A DNA stretch of 64,000 nucleotides from Lama guanicoe. Its lineage: Eukaryota. The stretch covers positions 5,787,824 to 5,851,823 of the forward strand of contig MU054391.1 in NCBI GenBank assembly GCA_013239625.1. The letters run 5' to 3'. The notes below the pieces were generated by a model. The model was not told the DNA's origin and ran no database searches. It was given only the letters and a program-made list of their open reading frames with translations. Positions 27,975 through 40,719 of the stretch are shown one piece after another. The position numbers and the translations under genes are program-made. Within the stretch, counting starts at the first letter, position 1, and the number at the start of each line of letters is the position of its first letter.

Positions 27975-28520
27975 GTTTATTCATGCAATAAATACATAAT
28001 GAGCAACTTCTATGTTTCAAGTACATTCTAGACCCTGGAGATACAGCAGTAAACAGGGTCTGTAAGGATCTGTTCTAATTGCGAGGGGCAGCTAGTATAC
28101 AAAGAAATAGTATTTGGGTACTGAAGTGCAGTGAAGAGAAAGCAAGGTAAGGGATAAGTGATAGGGTGGGCCATTTTATACAAAGTAGTCAAGGAAGGAC
28201 CCTCTGGGGAGGTGACATTTGAGCCAAGACCAACTTGTATGACGTATAGTTGAGGGAGCAAGCCGTATAGCTACCCAGGGGGAGATCACTCCAGGCAGAG
28301 GGAACACGGGGAAGCTCTGAGGCAGGAGTTTGCACAGTGGATTCAAGGCGTGGCTAATTGTCCTGGTCAGCTGGAGTGCTGTGGTCGCAGGGGAGGGTGG
28401 CAGCAGATAGGATGGAAGTGGTGGCCTTCATGCCATGGTAAGGGCTTTGGCTTTTATCCCAAATATGTCACAGGAAGCCACTGGACAGTTTTGAGCAAAA
28501 GAATGATGTGATCCAACCTC
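27975..28520 (-). mobile_element. LINE-2 3' fragment
   Basis: ttattcatgcaataaatacataatgagcaac...ctggagatacagcagtaaac...ggaggtgacatttgagcc...gctttggcttttatcc. Confidence 0.75.
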
Positions 28521-28629
28521 TGTCAAAAGGATTACATTCCGTTCCTAAATGTAGGAATTATCAGAATATGAATAATATGTTTAGACAGTGAGCTCTCCTA
28601 GGGAGTTAGTATTGATAGGAAACGAGTCT

Positions 28630-29950
28630 TCATAGATGCTCTTTATGAGGCTGAGCCAGTTCCCATCTCCCTTAGCTTACTGAGAGTTCTTCGTTGGGGA
28701 TTAATGTTGAGTTTTTTTCAAATGCTTTTCCTGCATCTGTGAGATGATGGTATGGTTTTTCTCTTTTAGACAGTTACTGTGGGGTAGATTACGTTGAGTT
28801 TGTTAAACCAATCTTGCATCCTAGGATAAACTGCATTTAGTCATGACCTATTATCCTTTTAAAATATTGCTGAATTTGACTTGCTGAAATTTTAAGAATT
28901 TTTGCATCCGTGTTCATTGGGAATGCTGTTCTGTAGCTTGCTTTCTTGTGATTTATCTAGTTTTGGTATCAGAGTAATGCTATAATCACTGAGTGATTTG
29001 TGAAGCATCCCCTTCACTTCTGTTTTTATTTTCTAGAAGCATTTGTGTAGAATTATTTCTTAAATATTCAGTAGTGAAGCTCATCTGGGTCTGGATGGGG
29101 AAGGTTTTTTTGTGGGTTTTCAACTATAAATTCAGTTTCTTTAATACCTATAGGATTATTCAGGTTATCTATTTCTTCTTGAGAAAGTTTTGCTTTTCAA
29201 AAGACACTGCTATGACACAATGAGTGTGTATATGTCCATGAATGACTGAAAAATTGTGCTGAACACTAGAATTTGACACAACATTGTAAAATGATTATAA
29301 ATCAATAAAAAATGTTAAAAAAAAAGACACTGCTATGAAAATGAAAATTTAAACCACTGAGTGTGAAAAAGTATTTGCAAAACTTATCTGACAGAGGACT
29401 TGTATCTATATAAATAATTCTTACAATTCAATAATAAGAAAGCAAACAACCCATTAAAAATAGGCAGATTTGAGCAGACATTTCACCAGAGAAAATATAC
29501 AGAGAACAAATAAGCACTTAAAAGGCACCCAACATCATTAGTTATTCGGGAAATGCAAGTTAAAACTGGAAGGAAATACCACCACACACACACTAGAACG
29601 GCTTAAATTTTAAAAGACTGCCCATAGTAAGTGTTGGCAAGGATTGGGAGCAACTGGTTCTCCCAGCTGCTGGTGGGAATATAAAATGGCACAACCATTT
29701 TAGAAAACAGTTTGGTAGTTTCTAAAAAGTGAAAAATATACCCACTGTATCATTCAGCCAGTCCACTATTAGGTGTCTACCCAAGAAAAATAAAAGCATA
29801 TTTCCACACAAAGACTTACACACAAATATTCATAGCAACTTCATTTGAGATAAAAAAGGTACACAAGCCAAATGACCATCACCGGTTGAATGGATGTGGT
29901 ACACGCACACAAGGGAACACTGCTCAGCTACGAAAAGAAACTAGCTGTTG
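28630..29950. mobile_element. Two old L1 ORF2 pieces in opposite orientation (- strand ~28630-29185, + strand ~29185-29950)
   Basis: caaatgcttttcctgcatctgtgagatgatgg (antisense) followed by gcagacatttcaccagagaaaatatac...gctggtgggaatataaaatgg (sense). Confidence 0.8.
29216..29321 (+). mobile_element. Short, young L1 3' tail insertion with perfect 17-bp TSD
   Basis: AAAAGACACTGCTATGA at 29199-29215 and 29322-29338 flanking ...ttgacacaacattgtaaaatgattataaatcaataaaaaatgttaaaa. Confidence 0.9.
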
Positions 29951-32900
29951 AAACAGGTGGCAACGCTTCTGCTCAGGGCTGGGTATGTGTGTGTGTGGGG
30001 GGGTATATAAGAAGCGTGTTTTCTATAACTTAAAAAATTGTTTTCCTAAGATCTGAACTGCAGAGTTATTTGCATGTGCATTTTGTGGACTCAGCACCAT
30101 GATTTGAAGCACAATGGCACTTCAGTTGGATAAAGAGTTGAGTTTGGTAATAAGCCCTCCAGGTGATTCTGATACACACACAGTGAAGCATGGGAACCAC
30201 CCGCTCAGGTCCGTCTGCAAGGCCGCTGGCGCTCAGCTCCACCAGCTGCCTTCCGTGTCCTTGCTGGGAGCATGGCGGTGCTTCTGCGTCCCTCTCAGCC
30301 TCAGGGGCACCTTAGTAGGCTGGGCAGTCATTCTTCTGTGATGCCATCACCCCACCCACGTTGATACAGGGTACCTTGTAGGTGATCTCAAACCCTCTCT
30401 GCCTGAATACTTGCCTCAGCTATTTCTAAACTGCAAAGCCACAGTTATGAAAAAAGGCATAAGCAGGCTAAGCGCCTCAGTGGGTGCACAATAGAGCCAA
30501 CGGGAGCGGAGAAGAGGAAGACCTGTATCTCTGAGAGGCCCAGGGCATGGAGGAGCCGGGCTCCCGGGGGCGAGTCCCTGGCTCCCAGGCTGCCCCTGCC
30601 AGGAGCAGGAATCACATCTTTTTCAAACTGATTCCCTTTCCAGGGGAAGTAACCTTTTACCACTAGAGTGACTTGTGATACGTGCTGATTTGGATGGAAT
30701 CTCTTTTACGAATAAATCTTATTTGGGGTTTTTTGTTTGTTTTTATAAATAAATTACTTACCACTGCAGTGAAACATAATTTTACGATGTAGGTGACCAC
30801 CCTAAAGGGAAATAGAACCAAGGAGGATTTCACGTGGTCTCAGATCCAATAACTATTGTAATAGTGTGAAATCAGATACTTCCAGGGGGTGGAAGTAGAA
30901 TGCCTCTCGATGCTCAGTCTAAGCTCATGGCCATGCGAATATAGCATACGTGTGCTGAGGCTGAGTTAAACCTCATGTTCTTAGTTGTTTTAGATCATCA
31001 AAGCATCATGGAAAGCACAGCTGTGAAACATTTCTCAAGCATCTTTCTACTTACTGAACATTTTACCTGTTTTCTCATGTAATGTGTCTAGATAAATCTC
31101 TCCATCTACAACTATAGCAGTTAAGGGTTTGGTCACAGTAGATGAAAGCAAAATCTTTAAACTTCATTTTTTTAAATTTGAATTGGTGAAAGTATAATGA
31201 GCGTCTTTTCCCAAAAATACAGAACATTAGCCCAAATAGTTGTTCATTAATTCACAGGGATAGCTCATACATTTTGAACATAGTTTTGTTGGTTTGGGTT
31301 TTTGTGTGTTTTTTTAATCCTTCAAAAATATATAAGTTTCTTTAGACAAGTTTAAGATTCTGCGTTAGACTTAAGAGGAAAGAGAGTGTCTTCTACCTGC
31401 CAGCTTTGGCTCCTCTTGCATGGGATCAATCAGCCTTGTTGTGGGAACGTAAGGATGGCTCACAGGGCGATGAGCCATGGGTGCCTTATCTCACTGAAGG
31501 ATAGCATTTCTCAGGATGGGAAGCGGCAGACCTGTCACTGCCACTCAGAAATGGCACGTCTATAGCCCAAAGGAAGGCGGCCGAGCACTGACCTGCAGCG
31601 TGTCTGTAGTTCTTTGTTATCTCTTGGGATTTGTCTTTTCCTGCATTGGCACAAAGCCACCTGGGCGGGAGGTGGCGGGGAAAGCGGTACTAAGTCAACC
31701 CGATGTTGACACAGAAAGCTACGCTGCTTGGGAGAGAAGGAGCATTATTTCTGAGTCTCAAGGAAAACCTTGAATAGAATTTCCAAAGTGCGGCAGCTGT
31801 AAAAGTTCTGTAGAGTTCTATATTGCAGATCGTTAAAAGTGTGTATTTTTATCTTGAGTATGTAGCCGGTGACTTTTTAAAATTTAAAGTACCTCTGCAT
31901 TCTTGAAAGCTAAGTAAATTCACACCGTTATTACATCTCACAAAATGTTTTCAAGAAGCCCTTAGTGTAAGTTCCCTTGTTTTGTGCACTTGTGAAGTAT
32001 TTAAGCATAAAGTGATTTTAGTGCCAGACTTACCTGATAATACACTATGACTTGAGAAGACCTTACAAAAGAGTTCTTTTATTGACTATAAATTAAGAAC
32101 CTGGTATTTCAGCTCACTTGGCCTTTTGCCCTCTGCAACAACGATTTCCTTCTGGAACAATTAGTACATGTTTTATGGATATTTAAGTTGTACAGGGTGA
32201 CTCACAGATATTCCTAAAGGAATTTTTAAGTTAGAATACTACTTAAATGTAATTAGCTTTTGTCACCATTGTGGTCCATGTTAATTCAGGTTAAGTGATT
32301 AAGGTAAACATTCTCTAAAATGAAAAAGGTGGTCTCTGAATTTAAAACCTCTCAAGGTTAAAAGTAGGAAAACTGTGTTCTTTACCATGTTAATGGATAA
32401 GAAAATATTATAAAACCTGTTTCCATATTTTCGCTTTTCTTTCTTTAGAAATCCACGTCAGAGTAAGTCTCCCCTGGAAGGTCTGTGCTCAGGGTCCCTG
32501 GTGCCCTAAGCAGTCACCCTGCTGGGGCCCTCGGGCAGGGCCCCACCTCTCCCACTCCCCTCTCACCCATCCTGCCAAAACACAGTTTGCACACATCAAC
32601 CCCTCTCCCGCCCATCTATCCACAGTTTCTTTCTCAAAGTGTAGCCCGGGGATCTGCGTCTCATCAAGACGGGTGCTCGTGCGGACTGTAGCCGGGGCTC
32701 CCCTGCCTGCCCCCTCCTCACCCCTGCCTGTGGAGCTGAGTGGGTGGGTTGACCTCAGAGTCTGCATTTTATCACCCGACACCCCACTGCCCAAGCCCAG
32801 GCACAAGGTAAAGGGACTACCCCCCGACCCCCCACTGGCTTCCCACCTCCCTGACCTCAACCTACTTCATCCTCTCTCTGTCTGAAAAGGCATCCAGGGA

Positions 32901-35024
32901 GCTCCGTTCCTCAGCACCTACAGCACATCCTGTTTTTGGCACTTAGTTTAGCCCGCCTATCCTGTTGTCCTAACGAGGCAGGAAGCCTCTGAGACGGGGG
33001 CCCATTTCTCATGGCTCCATATAGAACCCTACATCCAACAGATGTTTAATAAATGCCTTTGATGAAAGTAATGATGAGGAAAAGGGAAAATTTTTAAAAG
33101 TTTCCTGCTTTCTTATCAGTTACTGCAGTGCAATGATGACTATTCAATGAATGAACTTAGTTGTCTGCCTTCCAAACGTTGGTTTTGAATCAAATTGAAG
33201 TACTTTTAAGACAGAAGAGGGCGAAATGGGCATAACGTTTGCCCACGGTCTACCGTGGCCTTATCAAATACTTATACAGTGCTTAGAATGTGCCAGGCCC
33301 TAAGCACTTAGCACAAATCGCCCCTTTTAATCCTCTTAATGATCGTATGATGTGGTACTGTATAATTTTCCAAATAAAAACATTGAGACATTTTGGTCCC
33401 AGGTAGTCTAGCTTCAGAATCTGTGGGTTTTTCCAACTCACTGCAGTGTCTCTCAAAGACCTCAACCCCTGAAGATGCCAGCTTGGAATTAAGGAACCCA
33501 AATGCTGCTGTGAAGAAGAAAGCATTAGCATTTATGACTGGAGTATATCCTTACCAACCCCCTCCTCCAAGCTTCCACCCCAAACCTGTTTGCCCTCTGT
33601 GCGATCTGTCTTGCAGTTACAGCCCCATTTGACTAATCACCCAAGCTATAAATTGCCAGCCCTCCTGTCTGTCATCTCCAATGTCTCATCCATCACTCAG
33701 TCACTTAGCCCTGGCAGCGCCATGGCCAAGTACCTCTCTGGCCAGCCTCCCATCCTCCAAAGACATAGCTACTGTCCAGCTTAGGCCATCATCACCTCTC
33801 TCCTTCCCAAACATTTCTCATTCCTCTGCCAGTTATTTTCCAAAAATAGATCTAATAGCACTCTGAGGCTCAAAGCCTTTGATGGCTCCTTGCTGCCTAC
33901 AGCCGGATGGCCTTGCCTGGGAGCCCTTAGAGTGTGGCTCACACACAATTTCTCTGGTCGGGCACCCTTGTCCTTGCTCCCTCCATCTCAGCCATGGGGC
34001 TTCTGGACGAGCCATGACACACACTGGGCACCTTGGCCATGCTGGATTCTCTGTCAGGAGCGTCCTCTCATGTCTCAGGAGAACCTTTATTCTTCCTTGA
34101 TGACCTGTTATAAATATACATTGAGGGCTGGGTAGGAGATTTTGAGGTTAAGACATTTGAAAACTATGTGAAAAACAGAATTCACAAAGATAAATATAGG
34201 CAACTTGCCAAAGAAGAAACATATTTAGGAGATTTTACACATGTAATTTGTGATAATGAGGTTTGTACAGTTAATTTCCACTTGCTACCCATAGCCCACC
34301 AGAAACTTGGCAGGATATCTCTTCTGCGCATTTTCAATGAGATGCTTGTGCATCTGTTTTGCTTTATTAAGGATCACGTGTATACTAAGAAGTATTTTTT
34401 TGTGCTTTGCCCATTCCTCCATCTATGTGTTAAAAGACCCCGATTTCCTGTCTCAGAGTCACTGTCCCCATCTGCTGATCCCCACAATAGCCCCAGAGTA
34501 GAGCCGCTTAGGGTTTTGTGATGCCTTGAGGAGCTTTTATTAAAAGGATTGAAGGAGATGTAAGTAAATCATGCTCAATTATGTCCCAACTCCAAAGTAA
34601 CACAGTCATAGTTATGCCCAAGATAATTTCAGGCCAAAGACACACCAGTCCCTCTCCCCTCATGGCAAACAATCCGGAAACTGCAAGACCTGCTCCTACT
34701 TCTTTTCTTTCCTGATTCTTGTCACAAAATTCTCCTGATTTTTTCCCCTTTCCTTTTTTCGACCTCTCGTTCTTCCCTTTTCTAATTATCACCAACAGGC
34801 GTAACTCAAAATTTCAGACACTTGGAATCAACAGCCTCATGGTTTAGAAAGATATACAAAAGTGAGTATATCTATGTGTAATAACCGAGATAATGAAATG
34901 TCAACTTTGGGCAAGTGACCTAATCCCTCTTTTTTGGCTCCCTATCTATTAGAATAATTTCTCTCTCGTATTAAAATGTGATGAGATGCTACAAAAGTTT
35001 CTTATAAGTATGAGTATGATTTTT

Positions 35025-35515
35025 TAAATTTTTTTTTATTGAAATAAAGTTGATTTACAATGTTGTGTTAGTTTCAGGTATACAGCAAAGTGATTCAGTT
35101 ATACATACATGCATATATTTGTAAATATATATATTCTATTTCAGACTCTTTTCTGTCATAGATTATTACAAAATATTGAATATAATTCCCTGTGCTACAC
35201 ACTAGGTCCTTGTTGTTTATCTATTTTATGGATAGTAGTGTGTATCTGTTAATCCTAAACTCCTAGTTTATCCCCCACTGTTCCCGCCTTGGTAACTATA
35301 AGTTTGTTTTCTATGTCTGTAAGTCTATTTCTGTTTTGTAAATAAGTTCATTTGTATCATTTTTTAGATTCCACACATAAGTGATACCATATGATATTTG
35401 TCTTTCTGTCTGACTTACTTCACTTAGTATGATAATCTCTAGGTCTGTCCATGTTGCTGCAAATGGCATTATTTCATTCTTTTTCATGGCTGAGTAATAT
35501 TCCATTATATATATA
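35025..35515 (-). mobile_element. L1 3' end (ORF2 C-terminus + UTR)
   Basis: ORF 35311..35505 (-) EYYSAMKKNEIMPFAATWTDLEIIILSEVSQ is the canonical L1 ORF2 C-terminus; T-rich tail at left. Confidence 0.92.
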
Positions 35516-38059
35516 CAACAATTTAAAATGGATATTATTTTACAGAAGGTGTTTTACCACTAGACACCTTTTCTTTGAAGAGAATATGCAAATGTGAGCC
35601 AGCAAGCAGAGTCACAGCCTCCCAGCATCCATGTCTGGGGCGTTTTCTTGAAATGGCAGTACACATCATGGCTCCACCCCACACAGAGTTAGTCACAGGC
35701 CAGAGAGGTTTACTGGAGGTTAAGGCCAGTGTTCCTAAGCTGAGAGATTTCTGATAGCTATGTTGCAACTGTTGAGCCTTCACTGGAATGATCGATTTAC
35801 AGTGAAGCCATAAGAAAAGAATGTGAGATATCTGGGTTCTAGTTGCCAGCAAGAAGGTGACACCCAACTTGGCATAGCTTCTTCTCCCTCCTTTCAGAAA
35901 CAGGGAGATGGTCTGGATTGAGTCCCAAGTATTTGACAAGACTTACCTGAGACTGCAGTCATCCTGTTCTGACAGGTGGGCAGGGAGGGGAAGGCGCAAA
36001 GCTCCAGGAGCAAGCACGTTCACAGCAGGGCCACTAAGGACATTTGAAAAGAGCACGTGGATACCAAAATGTGGAGAGAGTTCTGAGAGTCAGTGTGTCC
36101 TCTAAGCCTGAGAGTCAACTTAGAGAATAATCAAAAGCCATCTCCCAGGACAGCTTTTGTCACTAGAAGCCCAGCCATGGCTCTGCCACATTTAAAGCAT
36201 CCAGGCTGCTCTATGATGGGGCCACAGGCGAAACCCAGAATGTCACACAGAAATACTCAAAGTTGGCCGTGTCACCACCTGGAGCGCAAATGTGGGATTT
36301 GGAAAAAAGACACCTGGTTTCACAACCCAAATTTACTGGCTATGAGACTTTGAAAATATCTCTGGACCTTGCTTCACCATCTACAGGATGGGTGTAACCC
36401 TGTCTACCTCAAAGGGCTGCTTTAAGAATCAAATGAGCTCAGGCACGTGATCACTTTAAACACTGAATACTGCCGAAAGAAGGTTACTGTCATTACCAGC
36501 CTGAATAACTACGATTGTTGATCCTCTATAATATGCTTATCCTCGTGCTGGATGATCAGGGATTTTTTTAAAATATAGTTTCTGTCCCTTAAGCAGCTTA
36601 TAATATAGTGAGGAAAATAGCGAGATGGAACATTGAATATTTATTGAGTTCCAATAGGTCCGGCATTGTTTGAGCCACTTTTCATGAAACAAAACAAACC
36701 AGCCAGCCCTTGGTGGTAGGAATCATTATCCCATATTCCATAGTTGGGGAAACTGAGGCTCAGAGGTTCAATAACTTTCCTAAGTCACAGAGCTGGGAGG
36801 CAAGGGTGGAGATGACACACTCTCCCTTCCATACCCCATTCGTCCAGAGTGGAAGACGTTCATCTCGCAAGAGGCACTGGCAGACAGGGCGAGAACCAAT
36901 GGCTCTCGGGAAATGGCTGGTACAGATTCTTGGAGGTCAGGAAGGGAGGCTGTGCCATTTTCTTGCAACTACTTTAGCTGTCCCTTCAATACAGACTGCT
37001 TCATCAGGAAGAGGTCCCAGCCTGTAATGAGTCCTGCAAATGGCGGGTCAGGCTATGATTAGGTCACATGGCCAACAAGCAAGCACTTGGAGGAATGGGA
37101 AGGGGTCCCTGACCTGCTGGTCTCCAAAGGAGATGGAAGCCAACTATCCAGTGTCTTTGTGTCAGGCATTGCGTGAGCTTCTTTAACTGCATTATCTGAT
37201 TTAACGCCACAAAACTTGATCCTGTTTCCCTTATTTTACAGACGAGAAAATCGAGGACTGGCAGGGAAGCAGGTTGCTTCAGGTAAAAATAGGAGGCAGA
37301 TCTGAGATTTGAATCCAGATCTGACAGACATAAAGTCATTCTCTCAAACTCATGTGAAACTGAATTAATTAAAAAGCAGAGAAGCTTGTGATGAGTGGTA
37401 GCTGAGGAGCTGGGAGAGAAGTGTGCACAGGATGGGAAAGGTCCTGGAGGAGACAGCATTGGAGGTTGGCCTTGAAAGAAGATGTACGACCAAGGTGGTG
37501 AGGTAGAAAGAAGGAACAGCACAGGCAACCAGGGGCCTGAAATTGCAGGACATATTCAGGGAATTCTGTGATGGGGTCCAGGGCCTTGGGGGCTTTTAAC
37601 TAGGACACAACTTTGGAACTGTGTGTTGGGGCCAAATGTGGAAGGAGTTTGAATGCCAGGCTTAGGAGCTTGGACTTCAGTCTGTAAACTGTGGGTAGCT
37701 GAGATCAGAACTACTCTTAGCGTCAGGGGACGCTGGCGCTGGAAGGGACCAGATGACCTATCCAACCTCTTCCTTTTTCTGAAGCCCAGAGAGAAGTGAC
37801 TCTACTGAAGTCACCCTGTAGATCTGCAGAACCTGGGCTAGAACCCAGGCCTGTGACTCTCCCAATCCACCTCCGCATCTGCCTCTTTACGTCCACAAGT
37901 CTCTTAGAACCACGTGGTCTCCTACAGGAGAGGGGTCCAAAACTCGCTCCCCACTCTGAAGAACCATGACTTGGGAAGGTACCTCAAAGGTCTCGCTTCT
38001 CTTAAAGAAACACAATCCTATCCTTGAGCTTAAAAATGTCATTACCAAACAATTGAAAA

Positions 38060-38790
38060 GATGCTAAATCTCTTCATTTTTAAAAATGAAAATCAAAACA
38101 ACGAGATACTATTTTTCATCTAACAGACTAGCAAAGCAAAATCTGATAATGCCCCCTGGTTGACAAGGGGTGGCACTTAAAGAAGTCCCACCTCCTGTTG
38201 GTAGGAGTCCAAATGCAGCAGCCTTTTGGAAAACAATTGGGTCAGATCTATAAAAGTTGAAACTGTGTGTGCTTTTATCATAGCAACTCCAATTCTGGGG
38301 ATTTACCATACGGCTATATTTGATCAGGCGCACAGTGTCTAGTCAGAGGGATGTTTATTGCAGAATGTCTGTAATTGTGAAAAACTGGAGATAAAAACAC
38401 TAATTGCTTACTGATGGGGTCTAGCTATCATATGTCAATCCAAGGAAATAATATGCAGCTACTTTTTTTAAGTATGGTAGATGTATATGCGCTGACATGA
38501 AAAACGTTGAAGACCCTAATAAGTGAAAGCAAGCAAGCTGAGGAGGGTTGTGAGTGGTACGAATCCCACTGTGTGAGAAGATAAAACATGTATGTTTGTG
38601 GATACATACAAAGAAAGATATATGGAAACTGGTAACAATGGTTATTTCTGGGGAGAGGGAGGGGATGAAGGGGGGAGTGACTGTACCCTAAACCCTCTGT
38701 ATTATTTAAATTTCCTTCTTTTAAAAAAATCTGTAAACATATATTATTTTTATAATTTTAGAAATAGTAAAAAAATTTAAAATAAAGAAA
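38060..38790 (+). mobile_element. Old L1 (L1ME-like) 3' fragment
   Basis: aaatgcagcagccttttggaaaacaattgg...gcaactccaattctggggattta...ggatgtttattgcag. Confidence 0.7.
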
Positions 38791-39787
38791 GCATTGCCAA
38801 CCACTCGTAGATAAGAATTTTAACTTCTGTTTTAGAGAGCTCTTAGAGACAGCCTAAATAAGCCGATGTTCAGATTTACATGTTTTTTAATTAATATATC
38901 TAAGTTCTAATAACATCAGGCCTTTATTGTTCTTGTTTTTGGTTTTACAGCTTGATATTTATTCATTCTTCCATGTTTATTTTGGGCCTAATGTGTATCA
39001 GATACTGGGACTGAAGCATGAGACCCTCAGTCTTCTGCAATGGGAGGGTTATTTAAGCCACTGCCAGACATGGTGCCGAAGGAAGCAGTCTGAGAGGCAG
39101 AACAGACCCCGGCAGAGGAATGCATCCCTTCAGTGACCACTTCCAGGTGTTTTCTATGTGAATACCAGGAGGCTTGGGATGGCAAAATGAAAGCAGTACA
39201 ATCCTGGCGCTCTTCCTGAAAAGCTCCCACTATTGTGGAGACAGACACAAACAGAAAATCGAGTATTACAAACAGAATGTGGTAAACGTGGTATTGGGGT
39301 GATGCACAAGCACTGTGTGACACGTGGGACATTCAACCCAGGCTAGAGGGCTGGGGAGGCCACCTGGAGCAATAGGGGTGGGGTGGTCCTAGCCCAGTTG
39401 GGAAAGTTGACGGGAGCTTGCCAAGCAGGAAGAGGAGCAGGGAAGTGGGGGCAGGGGAGTTTCTAGCAGTGAGCTGCAGGCAAAGGAGCAGAATTGCAAA
39501 AGCGCAGGTTGCACTGTTTAGTCATATGCTGTGCTAAGGGGTGTGGACTTTATCCCGAGTGTAATAAGGTGACATGACCTAAACTGTGTGCTTTATACAG
39601 ATCACTCTGGCCACATCTGGAGATGGCTTAGAGGAAGAAGCGGGAAGGATGAGGTAAAAAGACACTTTTCCAATCTGAGTCATATCAGTAGCACAACTCT
39701 GCTGATTTGCACCATATCTAGGGACTGGCTGTACTGTTATTTACTACGTATTTTCTTAAGTTAGCTCATTCTAAAAATATAATTTAT

Positions 39788-40410
39788 TTAGCAATCCCAC
39801 TCCTGGGCATATATCTGGAAAAGATACATGCACTCCCATGTTCATAGCAGCACTATTTACAATAGCCAAGACTCGGAAGCAAACTAAACGTCTATTGTCA
39901 GATAAACAGATAAAGATGATGTGGTGTACACACACACACACTGGAATATTATTCAGCCATAAAAAGGAATGAAATAAGGCCATTTGCAGCAACATGGATG
40001 GACCTAGAGATCATCATACTAAGTGAAGTAAGTCAGACAGATAAAGACAAATACCATATGGTATCACTTATATGTGGAATCTTAAAAAATGATACAAATG
40101 AACTTATTTACAAAGCAGAAATAGATTCACTGACATAGAAAACAAACTTATGGTTACCAAGGAGGGAAGGGGGAGGGGATAAATGAGGAATTTGGGATTA
40201 ACTGATACATACCAGTATATATAAAATAGATGAACAACAAAGACCTGCCTGTATAGCACAAGGAACTGTATTCAATATCTTGTAATAACCAATCAATAGC
40301 CAATTGTAGAAAAGAATCTGGAAAAAGAATGTATATATAATGTATATAAGTGAATCACTTTGCTGTACACCTGAAACACTGTAAATCAACTATACTTCAA
40401 TAAAAAATTA
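39788..40410 (+). mobile_element. L1 3' end, same family as 35025-35515
   Basis: agcaatcccactcctgggcatatatc...gcagcaacatggatggacctagag...gtaaatcaactatacttcaataaaaaa. Confidence 0.92.
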
Positions 40411-40463
40411 AATATACACACACACACAATTTAAAGAAGCTAGTGAATAAGAAAAGAGAACAG

Positions 40464-40550
40464 GGGGGTGAGTATAGCTCAGTGGTAGAGCGCATGCTTA
40501 GCATGTAACAAGTCCTGGCTTCAATCCTCAGTTCCTCCATTAAAAAAAAA
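40464..40550 (+). mobile_element. tRNA-derived SINE (vic-1-like, short form)
   Basis: GGGGGTGAGTATAGCTCAGTGGTAGAGCGCATGCTTAGCATG...GGCTTCAATCCTCAGTTCCTCCATTAAAAAAAAA; flanked by AGAACAG on both sides. Confidence 0.88.
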
Positions 40551-40719
40551 GAACAGACTCTGGGCTCCAGCATTGTACCCAGTGCTAGAGGACAGAAACT
40601 GGACATGGCAGAAGGGGACAGTGAGAAGCGTCTGTGGTTGTTGGTTTAGGTCCCCAGAGTCCTGGAGAACAGGGAGCCGGAGTTGGTGGGAGTGGGTGAG
40701 GGACCGGCTGGTGAATAAA

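Noticed and set aside
28630..29950. Twin-priming 5' inversion of a single L1
   Set aside because: The two pieces appear to come from ORF2 regions far apart and I found no enclosing TSD; independent fragments are equally likely
35311..35505. 64-aa ORF with recognisable protein similarity
   Set aside because: It is the C-terminal remnant of a truncated L1 ORF2, not a host gene
40464..40540. Possible tRNA-Ala gene
   Set aside because: Degenerate stems and B box, A tail and flanking duplication; related copies elsewhere in the window indicate a SINE
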